Source: the human T2T-CHM13v2.0 reference genome, Homo sapiens
NCBI RefSeq assembly: GCF_009914755.1
Contig: NC_060941.1
Reading direction: 5' to 3' (one strand)
DNA length: 64,000 bases
Within the stretch, counting starts at the first letter, position 1, and every line of letters starts with the position of its first letter. The translations under genes were made by a program, and so were the position numbers. The notes under the pieces were generated by a model. The model saw only the letters and a program-made list of their open reading frames with translations, was not told where the DNA came from and ran no database searches. This document shows, in pieces, positions 40,501 to 55,500 of this stretch.

Positions 40501-43500
40501 GCTTTGAGGCCTATGGTAGTAAAGGGAATAGCTTCATAGAAAAACTAGACAGAAGCATTCTCAGAAAATACTTTGTGATGATTGAGTTTAACTCACAGAG
40601 CTGAACATTCCTTTGGATGGAGCAGGTTTGAGACACACCTTTTGTAGAATCTACAAGTGGATATTTGGACCTCTCTGAGGATATCGTTGGAAACGGGATA
40701 ACTGCACCTAACTAAACGGAAGCATTCTCAGAAACTTCTTGGTGATGTTTGCATTCAAATCCCAGAGTTGAACCTTCCTTTGATAGTTCAGGTTTGAAAC
40801 ACTCTTTTTGTAGGATCTGCAAGTGGATATTTGGACCACTCTGTGGCCTTCGTTCGAAACGGGTATATCTTCGCATAAAATCTAGACAGAAGCCTTCTCA
40901 GAAACTTCTCTGTGATGATTGCATTCAACTCACAGAGTTGAACCCTCCTATGGATAGAGCAGTGTTGAAACTCTCTTTTTGTGGAATCTGCAAGTGGATA
41001 TGTGGACCTCTCCGAAGATGTCTTTGGAAACGGGAATATCTTCACATAAAAACTAAACAGAAGCATTCTCAGAAACTTCTCTGTGATGTTTGTGTTCAAC
41101 TCCCAGAGTTTCACATTGCTTTTCATAGAGTAGTTCTGAAACATGCTTTTCGTAGTGTCTACAAGTGGACATTTGGAGCGCTTTCAGGCCTGTGGTGGAA
41201 AACGAATTATGGTCACATAAAAACTGGAGAGAAGCATTGTCAGAAACTTCTTTGTGATGATTGCATTCAACTCACAGAGTTGAAGGTTCCTTTTCAAAGA
41301 GCAGTTTCCAATCACTCTTTGTGTGGAATCTGCAAGTGGATATTTGGACTTATTTTGAAGATTTCGTTGGAAACGGGAGAATCTTCACAGGAAAGCTAAA
41401 CAGAAGCATTCTCAGAAACTTCTTTGTGATGCTTGCATTCAACTCACAGAGTTGAACTTTCCTTTCGAGAGAGAAGCTTTGAAACACTCTTTTTCCAGAA
41501 TCTGCAAGTGGACATTTGGAGGGCTTTGAGGCCTGTGGTGGAAAAGGAATTATCTTCCCGTAAAAGCTAGATAGAAGCATTCTCAGAAACTACTTTGTGA
41601 TGATTGCATTCAAGTCACAGAGTTGAACATTCCCTTTGACAGAGCAGTTTGGAAACTCTCTTTGTGTAGAATCTGCAAGTGGAGATATGGACCGCTTTGA
41701 GGCCTATGGTAGTAAAGGAAATAGCTTCATATAAAAGCTAGACAGTAGCATTCACAGAAAACTCTTGGTGACGACTGAGTTTAACTCACAGAGCTGAACA
41801 TTCCTTTGGATGGAGCAGTTTCGAAACACACTATTTGTAGAATGTGCAAGTGGATATTTAGGCCTCTCTGAGGATTTCGTTGGAAACGGGATAAACCGCA
41901 CAGAACTAAACAGAAGCATTCTCAGAACCTTCTTCGTGATGTTTGCATTCAACTCACAGTGTTGAACCTTTCTTTGATAGTTCACGTTTGAAACGGTCTT
42001 TCTGTAGAAACTGCAAGTAGATATTTGGACCTCTCTGAGGATTTCGTTGGAAACGGGATAACCCGCACAGAACTAAAACAGAAGCATTCTCAGAACCCTC
42101 TTCGTGATGTTTGCATTCAACTCACAGTGCTGAACCTTTCTTTGATAGTTCAGCTTTGAAACACTCTTTTTGTAGAAACTGCAAGTGGATATTTGGTCCT
42201 CTCTGAGGATTTCGTTGGAAACGGGATAAACTGCACAGAACTAAACAGAAGCATTCTCAGAACCTTCTTCGTGATGTCTGCATTCAACTCACAGTGTGGA
42301 ACCTTTCTTTGATAGTTCAGGTTTGAAACACTCTTTTTGTAGAAACTGCAAGGGGATAATTGCACTCTTTGAGGAGTACCGTAGTAAAGGAAATAACTTC
42401 CTATAAAAAGAAGACAGAAGCTTTCTCAGAAAATTCTTTGGGATGATTGAGTTGAACTCACAGAGCTGAGCATTCCTTGCGATGTAGCAGTTTAGAAACA
42501 CACTTTCTGCAGAATCTGCAAGTGCATATTTGGACCTCTGTGAGGAATTCGTTGGAAACGGGATAATTTCAGCTGACTAAACAGAAGCAGTCTCAGAATC
42601 TTCTTTGTGATGTTTGCATTCAAATCCCCGAGTTGAACTTTCCTTTCAAAGTTCACGTTTGAAACACTCTTTTTGCAGGATCTACAAGTGGATATTTGGA
42701 CCACTCTGTGTCCTTCGTTCGAAACGGGTATATCTTCACATGACATCTAGACAGAAGCATCCTCAGAAGCTTCTCTGTGATGACTGCATTCAACTCACGG
42801 AGTTGAACACTCCTTTTGAGAGCGCAGTTTTGAAACTCTCTTTCTGTGGCATCTGCAAGGGGACATGTAGACCTCTTTGAAGATTTCGTTGGAAACGGAA
42901 TCATCTTCACATAAAAACTATACAGATGCATTCTCAGGAACTTTTTGGTGATGTTTGTATTCAACTCCCAGAGTTGAACTTTCCTTTGGAAAGAGCAGCT
43001 ATGAAACACTCTTTTTCTAGAATCTGCAAGTGGACGTTTGGAGGGCTTTGTGGTTTGTGGTGGAAAAGGAAATATCTTCACCTAAATACTAGATAGAAGC
43101 ATTCTCAGAAACTGCTTTGTGATGATTGCATTCACCTCACAGAGTTGAACATTCCTATTGATAGAGCAGTTTGGAAACACTCTTGTTGTGGAATGTGCAA
43201 GTGGAGATTTGGAGCGCTTTGAGGCCTATGGTAGTAAAGGGAATAGCTTCATAGAAAAACTAGACAGAAGCATTCTCAGAAAATACTTTGTGATGATTGA
43301 GTTTAACTCACAGAGCTGAACATTCCTTTGGATGGAGCAGGTTTGAGACACACCTTTTGTAGAATCTACAAGTGGATATTTGGACCTCTCTGAGGATTTC
43401 GTTGGAAACGGGATAACTGCACCTAACTAAACGGAAGCATTCTCAGAAACTTCTTGGTGATGTTTGCATTCAAATCCCAGAGTTGAACCTTCCTTTGATA

Positions 43501-46500
43501 GTTCAGGTTTGAAACACTCTTTTTGTAGGATCTGCAAGTGGATATTTGGACCACTCTGTGGCCTTCGTTCGAAACGGGTATATCTTCGCATAAAATCGAG
43601 ACAGAAGCCTTCTCAGAAACTTCTCTGTGATGATTGCATTCAACTCACAGAGTTGAACCCTCCTATGGATAGAGCAGTGTTGAAACTCTCTTTTTGTGGA
43701 ATCTGCAAGTGGATATGTGGACCTCTCCGAAGATGTCTTTGGAAACGGGAATATCTTCACATAAAAACTAAACAGAAGCATTCTCAGAAACTTCTCTGTG
43801 ATGTTTGTGTTCAACTCCCAGAGTTTCACATTGCTTTTCATAGAGTAGTTCTGAAACATGCTTTTCGTAGTGTCTACAAGTGGACATTTGGAGCGCTTTC
43901 AGGCCTGTGGTGGAAAACGAATTATGGTCACATAAAAACTGGAGAGAAGCATTGTCAGAAACTTCTTTGTGATGATTGCATTCAACTCACAGAGTTGAAG
44001 GTTCCTTTTCAAAGAGCAGTTTCCAATCACTCTTTGTGTGGAATCTGCAAGTGGATATTTGGACCTATTTTGAAGATTTCGTTGGAAACGGGAGAATCTT
44101 CACAGGAAAGCTAAACAGAAGCATTCTCAGAAACTTCTTTGTGATGCTTGCATTCAACTCACAGAGTTGAACTTTCCTTTCGAGAGAGAAGCTTTGAAAC
44201 ACTCTTTTTCCAGAATCTGCAAGTGGACATTTGGAGGGCTTTGAGGCCTGTGGTGGAAAAGGAATTATCTTCCCGTAAAAGCTAGATAGAAGCATTCTCA
44301 GAAACTACTTTGTGATGATTGCATTCAAGTCACAGAGTTGAACATTCCCTTTGACAGAGCAGTTTGGAAACTCTCTTTGTGTAGAATCTGCAAGTGGAGA
44401 TATGGACCGCTTTGAGGCCTATGGTAGTAAAGGAAATAGCTTCATATAAAAGCTAGACAGTAGCATTCACAGAAAACTCTTGGTGACGACTGAGTTTAAC
44501 TCACAGAGCTGAACATTCCTTTGGATGGAGCAGTTTCGAAACACACTATTTGTAGAATGTGCAAGTGGATATTTGGGCCTCTCTGAGGATTTCGTTGGAA
44601 ACGGGATAAACCGCACAGAACTAAACAGAAGCATTCTCAGAACCTTCTTCGTGATGTTTGCATTCAACTCACAGTGTTGAACCTTTCTTTGATAGTTCAG
44701 GTTTGAAACGGTCTTTCTGTAGAAACTGCAAGTAGATATTTGGACCTCTCTGAGGATTTCGTTGGAAACGGGATAACCCGCACAGAACTAAAACAGAAGC
44801 ATTCTCAGAACCCTCTTCGTGATGTTTGCATTCAACTCACAGTGCTGAACCTTTCTTTGATAGTTCAGCTTTGAAACACTCTTTTTGTAGAAACTGCAAG
44901 TGGATATTTGGTGCTCTCTGAGCATTTCGTTGGAAACGGGATAAACTGCACAGAACTAAACAGAAGCATTCTCAGAACCTTCTTCGTGATGTCTGCATTC
45001 AACTCACAGTGTGGAACCTTTCTTTGATAGTTCAGGTTTGAAACACTCTTTTTGTAGAAACTGCAAGGGGATAATTGCACTCTTTGAGGAGTACCGTAGT
45101 AAAGGAAATAACTTCCTATAAAAAGAAGACAGAAGCTTTCTCAGAAAATTCTTTGGGATGATTGAGTTGAACTCACAGAGCTGAGCATTCCTTGCGATGT
45201 AGCAGTTTAGAAACACACTTTCTGCAGAATCTGCAAGTGCATATTTGGACCTCTGTGAGGAATTCGTTGGAAACGGGATAATTTCAGCTGACTAAACAGA
45301 AGCAGTCTCAGAATCTTCTTTGTGATGTTTGCATTCAAATCCCCGAGTTGAACTTTCCTTTCAAAGTTCACGTTTGAAACACTCTTTTTGCAGGATCTAC
45401 AAGTGGATATTTGGACCACTCTGTGTCCTTCGTTCGAAACGGGTATATCTTCACATGACATCTAGACAGAAGCATCCTCAGAAGCTTCTCTGTGATGACT
45501 GCATTCAACTCACGGAGTTGAACACTCCTTTTGAGAGCGCAGTTTTGAAACTCTCTTTCTGTGGCATCTGCAAGGGGACATGTAGACCTCTTTGAAGATT
45601 TCGTTGGAAACGGAATCATCTTCACATAAAAACTATACAGATGCATTCTCAGGAACTTTTTGGTGATGTTTGTATTCAACTCCCAGAGTTGAACTTTCCT
45701 TTGGAAAGAGCAGCTATGAAACACTGTTTTTCTAGAATCTGCAAGTGGACGTTTGGAGGGCTTTGTGGTTTGTGGTGGAAAAGGAAATATCTTCACCTAA
45801 ATACTAGATAGAAGCATTCTCAGAAACTGCTTTGTGATGATTGCATTCACCTCACAGAGTTGAACATTCCTATTGATAGAGCAGTTTGGAAACACTCTTG
45901 TTGTGGAATGTGCAAGTGGAGATTTGGAGCGCTTTGAGGCCTATGGTAGTAAAGGGAATAGCTTCATAGAAAAACTAGACAGAAGCATTCTCAGAAAATA
46001 CTTTGTGATGATTGAGTTTAACTCACAGAGCTGAACATTCCTTTGGATGGAGCAGGTTTGAGACACACCTTTTGTAGAATCTACAAGTGGATATTTGGAC
46101 CTCTCTGAGGATTTCGTTGGAAACGGGATAACTGCACCTAACTAAACGGAAGCATTCTCAGAAACTTCTTGGTGATGTTTGCATTCAAATCCCAGAGTTG
46201 AACCTTCCTTTGATAGTTCAGGTTTGAAACACTCTTTTTGTAGGATCTGCAAGTGGATATTTGGACCACTCTGTGGCCTTCGTTCGAAACGGGTATATCT
46301 TCGCATAAAATCTAGACAGAAGCCTTCTCAGAAACTTCTCTGTGATGATTGCATTCAACTCACAGAGTTGAACCCTCCTATGGATAGAGCAGTGTTGAAA
46401 CTCTCTTTTTGTGGAATCTGCAAGTGGATATGTGGACCTCTCCGAAGATGTCTTTGGAAACGGGAATATCTTCACATAAAAACTAAACAGAAGCATTCTC

Positions 46501-49500
46501 AGAAACTTCTCTGTGATGTTTGTGTTCAACTCCCAGAGTTTCACATTGCTTTTCATAGAGTAGTTCTGAAACATGCTTTTCGTAGTGTCTACAAGTGGAC
46601 ATTTGGAGCGCTTTCAGGCCTGTGGTGGAAAACGAATTATGGTCACATAAAAACTGGAGAGAAGCATTGTCAGAAACTTCTTTGTGATGATTGCATTCAA
46701 CTCACAGAGTTGAAGGTTCCTTTTCAAAGAGCAGTTTCCAATCACTCTTTGTGTGGAATCTGCAAGTGGATATTTGGACCTATTTTGAAGATTTCGTTGG
46801 AAACGGGAGAATCTTCACAGGAAAGCTAAACAGAAGCATTCTCAGAAACTTCTTTGTGATGCTTGCATTCAACTCACAGAGTTGAACTTTCCTTTCGAGA
46901 GAGAAGCTTTGAAACACTCTTTTTCCAGAATCTGCAAGTGGACATTTGGAGGGCTTTGAGGCCTGTGGTGGAAAAGGAATTATCTTCCCGTAAAAGCTAG
47001 ATAGAAGCATTCTCAGAAACTACTTTGTGATGATTGCATTCAAGTCACAGAGTTGAACATTCCCTTTGACAGAGCAGTTTGGAAACTCTCTTTGTGTAGA
47101 ATCTGCAAGTGGAGATATGGACCGCTTTGAGGCCTATGGTAGTAAAGGAAATAGCTTCATATAAAAGCTAGACAGTAGCATTCACAGAAAACTCTTGGTG
47201 ACGACTGAGTTTAACTCACAGAGCTGAACATTCCTTTGGATGGAGCAGTTTCGAAACACACTATTTGTAGAATGTGCAAGTGGATATTTGGGCCTCTCTG
47301 AGGATTTCGTTGGAAACGGGATAAACCGCACAGAACTAAACAGAAGCATTCTCAGAACCTTCTTCGTGATGTTTGCATTCAACTCACAGTGTTGAACCTT
47401 TCTTTGATAGTTCAGGTTTGAAACGGTCTTTCTGTAGAAACTGCAAGTAGATATTTGGACCGCTCTGAGGATTTCGTTGGAAACGGGATAACCCGCACAG
47501 AACTAAAACAGAAGCATTCTCAGAACCCTCTTCGTGATGTTTGCATTCAACTCACAGTGCTGAACCTTTCTTTGATAGTTCAGCTTTGAAACACTCTTTT
47601 TGTAGAAACTGCAAGTGGATATTTGGTCCTCTCTGAGGATTTCGTTGGAAACGGGATAAACTGCACAGAACTAAACAGAAGCATTCTCAGAACCTTCTTC
47701 GTGATGTCTGCATTCAACTCACAGTGTGGAACCTTTCTTTGATAGTTCAGGTTTGAAACACTCTTTTTGTAGAAACTGCAAGGGGATAATTGCACTCTTT
47801 GAGGAGTACCGTAGTAAAGGAAATAACTTCCTATAAAAAGAAGACAGAAGCTTTCTCAGAAAATTCTTTGGGATGATTGAGTTGAACTCACAGAGCTGAG
47901 CATTCCTTGCGATGTAGCAGTTTAGAAACACACTTTCTGCAGAATCTGCAAGTGCATATTTGGACCTCTGTGAGGAATTCGTTGGAAACGGGATAATTTC
48001 AGCTGACTAAACAGAAGCAGTCTCAGAATCTTCTTTGTGATGTTTGCATTCAAATCCCCGAGTTGAACTTTCCTTTCAAAGTTCACGTTTGAAACACTCT
48101 TTTTGCAGGATCTACAAGTGGATATTTGGACCACTCTGTGTCCTTCGTTCGAAACGGGTATATCTTCACATGACATCTAGACAGAAGCATCCTCAGAAGC
48201 TTCTCTGTGATGACTGCATTCAACTCACGGAGTTGAACACTCCTTTTGAGAGCGCAGTTTTGAAACTCTCTTTCTGTGGCATCTGCAAGGGGACATGTAG
48301 ACCTCTTTGAAGATTTCGTTGGAAACGGAATCATCTTCACATAAAAACTATACAGATGCATTCTCAGGAACTTTCTGGTGATGTTTGTATTCAACTCCCA
48401 GAGTTGAACTTTCCTTTGGAAAGAGCAGCTATGAAACACTCTTTTTCTAGAATCTGCAAGTGGACGTTTGGAGGGCTTTGTGGTTTGTGGTGGAAAAGGA
48501 AATATCTTCACCTAAATACTAGATAGAAGCATTCTCAGAAACTGCTTTGTGATGATTGCATTCACCTCACAGAGTTGAACATTCCTATTGATAGAGCAGT
48601 TTGGAAACACTCTTGTTGTGGAATGTGCAAGTGGAGATTTGGAGCGCTTTGAGGCCTATGGTAGTAAAGGGAATAGCTTCATAGAAAAACTAGACAGAAG
48701 CATTCTCAGAAAATACTTTGTGATGATTGAGTTTAACTCACAGAGCTGAACATTCCTTTGGATGGAGCAGGTTTGAGACACACCTTTTGTAGAATCTACA
48801 AGTGGATATTTGGACCTCTCTGAGGATTTCGTTGGAAACGGGATAACTGCACCTAACTAAACGGAAGCATTCTCAGAAACTTCTTGGTGATGTTTGCATT
48901 CAAATCCCAGAGTTGAACCTTCCTTTGATAGTTCAGGTTTGAAACACTCTTTTTGTAGGATCTGCAAGTGGATATTTGGACCACTCTGTGGCCTTCGTTC
49001 GAAACGGGTATATCTTCGCATAAAATCTAGACAGAAGCCTTCTCAGAAACTTCTCTGTGATGATTGCATTCAACTCACAGAGTTGAACCCTCCTATGGAT
49101 AGAGCAGTGTTGAAACTCTCTTTTTGTGGAATCTGCAAGTGGATATGTGGACCTCTCCGAAGATGTCTTTGGAAACGGGAATATCTTCACATAAAAACTA
49201 AACAGAAGCATTCTCAGAAACTTCTCTGTGATGTTTGTGTTCAACTCCCAGAGTTTCACATTGCTTTTCATAGAGTAGTTCTGAAACATGCTTTTCGTAG
49301 TGTCTCCAAGTGGACATTTGGAGCGCTTTCAGGCCTGTGGTGGAAAACGAATTATGGTCACATAAAAACTGGAGAGAAGCATTGTCAGAAACTTCTTTGT
49401 GATGATTGCATTCAACTCACAGAGTTGAAGGTTCCTTTTCAAAGAGCAGTTTCCAATCACTCTTTGTGTGGAATCTGCAAGTGGATATTTGGACCTATTT

Positions 49501-52500
49501 TGAAGATTTCGTTGGAAACGGGAGAATCTTCACAGGAAAGCTAAACAGAAGCATTCTCAGAAACTTCTTTGTGATGCTTGCATTCAACTCACAGAGTTGA
49601 ACTTTCCTTTCGAGAGAGAAGCTTTGAAACACTCTTTTTCCAGAATCTGCAAGTGGACATTTGGAGGGCTTTGAGGCCTGTGGTGGAAAAGGAATTATCT
49701 TCCCGTAAAAGCTAGATAGAAGCATTCTCAGAAACTACTTTGTGATGATTGCATTCAAGTCACAGAGTTGAACATTCCCTTTGACAGAGCAGTTTGGAAA
49801 CTCTCTTTGTGTAGAATCTGCAAGTGGAGATATGGACCGCTTTGAGGCCTATGGTAGTAAAGGAAATAGCTTCATATAAAAGCTAGACAGTAGCATTCAC
49901 AGAAAACTCTTGGTGACGACTGAGTTTAACTCACAGAGCTGAACATTCCTTTGGATGGAGCAGTTTCGAAACACACTATTTGTAGAATGTGCAAGTGGAT
50001 ATTTGGGCCTCTCTGAGGATTTCGTTGGAAACGGGATAAACCGCACAGAACTAAACAGAAGCATTCTCAGAACCTTCTTCGTGATGTTTGCATTCAACTC
50101 ACAGTGTTGAACCTTTCTTTGATAGTTCAGGTTTGAAACGGTCTTTCTGTAGAAACTGCAAGTAGATATTTGGACCTCTCTGAGGATTTCGTTGGAAACG
50201 GGATAACCCGCACAGAACTAAAACAGAAGCATTCTCAGAACCCTCTTCGTGATGTTTGCATTCAACTCACAGTGCTGAACCTTTCTTTGATAGTTCAGCT
50301 TTGAAACACTCTTTTTGTAGAAACTGCAAGTGGATATTTGGTCCTCTCTGAGGATTTCGTTGGAAACGGGATAAACTGCACAGAACTAAACAGAAGCATT
50401 CTCAGAACCTTCTTCGTGATGTCTGCATTCAACTCACAGTGTGGAACCTTTCTTTGATAGTTCAGGTTTGAAACACTCTTTTTGTAGAAACTGCAAGGGG
50501 ATAATTGCACTCTTTGAGGAGTACCGTAGTAAAGGAAATAACTTCCTATAAAAAGAAGACAGAAGCTTTCTCAGAAAATTCTTTGGGATGATTGAGTTGA
50601 ACTCACAGAGCTGAGCATTCCTTGCGATGTAGCAGTTTAGAAACACACTTTCTGCAGAATCTGCAAGTGCATATTTGGACCTCTGTGAGGAATTCGTTGG
50701 AAACGGGATAATTTCAGCTGACTAAACAGAAGCAGTCTCAGAATCTTCTTTGTGATGTTTGCATTCAAATCCCCGAGTTGAACTTTCCTTTCAAAGTTCA
50801 CGTTTGAAACACTCTTTTTGCAGGATCTACAAGTGGATATTTGGACCACTCTGTGTCCTTCGTTCGAAACGGGTATATCTTCACATGACATCTAGACAGA
50901 AGCATCCTCAGAAGCTTCTCTGTGATGACTGCATTCAACTCACGGAGTTGAACACTCCTTTTGAGAGCGCAGTTTTGAAACTCTCTTTCTGTGGCATCTG
51001 CAAGGGGACATGTAGACCTCTTTGAAGATTTCGTTGGAAACGGAATCATCTTCACATAAAAACTATACAGATGCATTCTCAGGAACTTTTTGGTGATGTT
51101 TGTATTCAACTCCCAGAGTTGAACTTTCCTTTGGAAAGAGCAGCTATGAAACACTCTTTTTCTAGAATCTGCAAGTGGACGTTTGGAGGGCTTTGTGGTT
51201 TGTGGTGGAAAAGGAAATATCTTCACCTAAATACTAGATAGAAGCATTCTCAGAAACTGCTTTGTGATGATTGCATTCACCTCACAGAGTTGAACATTCC
51301 TATTGATAGAGCAGTTTGGAAACACTCTTGTTGTGGAATGTGCAAGTGGAGATTTGGAGCGCTTTGAGGCCTATGGTAGTAAAGGGAATAGCTTCATAGA
51401 AAAACTAGACAGAAGCATTCTCAGAAAATACTTTGTGATGATTGAGTTTAACTCACAGAGCTGAACATTCCTTTGGATGGAGCAGGTTTGAGACACACCT
51501 TTTGTAGAATCTACAAGTGGATATTTGGACCTCTCTGAGGATTTCGTTGGAAACGGGATAACTGCACCTAACTAAACGGAAGCATTCTCAGAAACTTCTT
51601 GGTGATGTTTGCATTCAAATCCCAGAGTTGAACCTTCCTTTGATAGTTCAGGTTTGAAACACTCTTTTTGTAGGATCTGCAAGTGGATATTTGGACCACT
51701 CTGTGGCCTTCGTTCGAAACGGGTATATCTTCGCATAAAATCTAGACAGAAGCCTTCTCAGAAACTTCTCTGTGATGATTGCATTCAACTCACAGAGTTG
51801 AACCCTCCTATGGATAGAGCAGTGTTGAAACTCTCTTTTTGTGGAATCTGCAAGTGGATATGTGGACCTCTCCGAAGATGTCTTTGGAAACGGGAATATC
51901 TTCACATAAAAACTAAACAGAAGCATTCTCAGAAACTTCTCTGTGATGTTTGTGTTCAACTCCCAGAGTTTCACATTGCTTTTCATAGAGTAGTTCTGAA
52001 ACATGCTTTTCGTAGTGTCTACAAGTGGACATTTGGAGCGCTTTCAGGCCTGTGGTGGAAAACGAATTATGGTCACATAAAAACTGGAGAGAAGCATTGT
52101 CAGAAACTTCTTTGTGATGATTGCATTCAACTCACAGAGTTGAAGGTTCCTTTTCAAAGAGCAGTTTCCAATCACTCTTTGTGTGGAATCTGCAAGTGGA
52201 TATTTGGACCTATTTTGAAGATTTCGTTGGAAACGGGAGAATCTTCACAGGAAAGCTAAACAGAAGCATTCTCAGAAACTTCTTTGTGATGCTTGCATTC
52301 AACTCACAGAGTTGAACTTTCCTTTCGAGAGAGAAGCTTTGAAACACTCTTTTTCCAGAATCTGCAAGTGGACATTTGGAGGGCTTTGAGGCCTGTGGTG
52401 GAAAAGGAATTATCTTCCCGTAAAAGCTAGATAGAAGCATTCTCAGAAACTACTTTGTGATGATTGCATTCAAGTCACAGAGTTGAACATTCCCTTTGAC

Positions 52501-55500
52501 AGAGCAGTTTGGAAACTCTCTTTGTGTAGAATCTGCAAGTGGAGATATGGACCGCTTTGAGGCCTATGGTAGTAAAGGAAATAGCTTCATATAAAAGCTA
52601 GACAGTAGCATTCACAGAAAACTCTTGGTGACGACTGAGTTTAACTCACAGAGCTGAACATTCCTTTGGATGGAGCAGTTTCGAAACACACTATTTGTAG
52701 AATGTGCAAGTGGATATTTGGGCCTCTCTGAGGATTTCGTTGGAAACGGGATAAACCGCACAGAACTAAACAGAAGCATTCTCAGAACCTTCTTCGTGAT
52801 GTTTGCATTCAACTCACAGTGTTGAACCTTTCTTTGATAGTTCAGGTTTGAAACGGTCTTTCTGTAGAAACTGCAAGTAGATATTTGGACCTCTCTGAGG
52901 ATTTCGTTGGAAACGGGATAACCCGCACAGAACTAAAACAGAAGCATTCTCAGAACCCTCTTCGTGATGTTTGCATTCAACTCACAGTGCTGAACCTTTC
53001 TTTGATAGTTCAGCTTTGAAACACTCTTTTTGTAGAAACTGCAAGTGGATATTTGGTGCTCTCTGAGCATTTCGTTGGAAACGGGATAAACTGCACAGAA
53101 CTAAACAGAAGCATTCTCAGAACCTTCTTCGTGATGTCTGCATTCAACTCACAGTGTGGAACCTTTCTTTGATAGTTCAGGTTTGAAACACTCTTTTTGT
53201 AGAAACTGCAAGGGGATAATTGCACTCTTTGAGGAGTACCGTAGTAAAGGAAATAACTTCCTATAAAAAGAAGACAGAAGCTTTCTCAGAAAATTCTTTG
53301 GGATGATTGAGTTGAACTCACAGAGCTGAGCATTCCTTGCGATGTAGCAGTTTAGAAACACACTTTCTGCAGAATCTGCAAGTGCATATTTGGACCTCTG
53401 TGAGGAATTCGTTGGAAACGGGATAATTTCAGCTGACTAAACAGAAGCAGTCTCAGAATCTTCTTTGTGATGTTTGCATTCAAATCCCCGAGTTGAACTT
53501 TCCTTTCAAAGTTCACGTTTGAAACACTCTTTTTGCAGGATCTACAAGTGGATATTTGGACCACTCTGTGTCCTTCGTTCGAAACGGGTATATCTTCACA
53601 TGACATCTAGACAGAAGCATCCTCAGAAGCTTCTCTGTGATGACTGCATTCAACTCACGGAGTTGAACACTCCTTTTGAGAGCGCAGTTTTGAAACTCTC
53701 TTTCTGTGGCATCTGCAAGGGGACATGTAGACCTCTTTGAAGATTTCGTTGGAAACGGAATCATCTTCACATAAAAACTATACAGATGCATTCTCAGGAA
53801 CTTTTTGGTGATGTTTGTATTCAACTCCCAGAGTTGAACTTTCCTTTGGAAAGAGCAGCTATGAAACACTGTTTTTCTAGAATCTGCAAGTGGACGTTTG
53901 GAGGGCTTTGTGGTTTGTGGTGGAAAAGGAAATATCTTCACCTAAATACTAGATAGAAGCATTCTCAGAAACTGCTTTGTGATGATTGCATTCACCTCAC
54001 AGAGTTGAACATTCCTATTGATAGAGCAGTTTGGAAACACTCTTGTTGTGGAATGTGCAAGTGGAGATTTGGAGCGCTTTGAGGCCTATGGTAGTAAAGG
54101 GAATAGCTTCATAGAAAAACTAGACAGAAGCATTCTCAGAAAATACTTTGTGATGATTGAGTTTAACTCACAGAGCTGAACATTCCTTTGGATGGAGCAG
54201 GTTTGAGACACACCTTTTGTAGAATCTACAAGTGGATATTTGGACCTCTCTGAGGATTTCGTTGGAAACGGGATAACTGCACCTAACTAAACGGAAGCAT
54301 TCTCAGAAACTTCTTGGTGATGTTTGCATTCAAATCCCAGAGTTGAACCTTCCTTTGATAGTTCAGGTTTGAAACACTCTTTTTGTAGGATCTGCAAGTG
54401 GATATTTGGACCACTCTGTGGCCTTCGTTCGAAACGGGTATATCTTCGCATAAAATCTAGACAGAAGCCTTCTCAGAAACTTCTCTGTGATGATTGCATT
54501 CAACTCACAGAGTTGAACCCTCCTATGGATAGAGCAGTGTTGAAACTCTCTTTTTGTGGAATCTGCAAGTGGATATGTGGACCTCTCCGAAGATGTCTTT
54601 GGAAACGGGAATATCTTCACATAAAAACTAAACAGAAGCATTCTCAGAAACTTCTCTGTGATGTTTGTGTTCAACTCCCAGAGTTTCACATTGCTTTTCA
54701 TAGAGTAGTTCTGAAACATGCTTTTCGTAGTGTCTACAAGTGGACATTTGGAGCGCTTTCAGGCCTGTGGTGGAAAACGAATTATGGTCACATAAAAACT
54801 GGAGAGAAGCATTGTCAGAAACTTCTTTGTGATGATTGCATTCAACTCACAGAGTTGAAGGTTCCTTTTCAAAGAGCAGTTTCCAATCACTCTTTGTGTG
54901 GAATCTGCAAGTGGATATTTGGACCTATTTTGAAGATTTCGTTGGAAACGGGAGAATCTTCACAGGAAAGCTAAACAGAAGCATTCTCAGAAACTTCTTT
55001 GTGATGCTTGCATTCAACTCACAGAGTTGAACTTTCCTTTCGAGAGAGAAGCTTTGAAACACTCTTTTTCCAGAATCTGCAAGTGGACATTTGGAGGGCT
55101 TTGAGGCCTGTGGTGGAAAAGGAATTATCTTCCCGTAAAAGCTAGATAGAAGCATTCTCAGAAACTACTTTGTGATGATTGCATTCAAGTCACAGAGTTG
55201 AACATTCCCTTTGACAGAGCAGTTTGGAAACTCTCTTTGTGTAGAATCTGCAAGTGGAGATATGGACCGCTTTGAGGCCTATGGTAGTAAAGGAAATAGC
55301 TTCATATAAAAGCTAGACAGTAGCATTCACAGAAAACTCTTGGTGACGACTGAGTTTAACTCACAGAGCTGAACATTCCTTTGGATGGAGCAGTTTCGAA
55401 ACACACTATTTGTAGAATGTGCAAGTGGATATTTGGGCCTCTCTGAGGATTTCGTTGGAAACGGGATAAACCGCACAGAACTAAACAGAAGCATTCTCAG

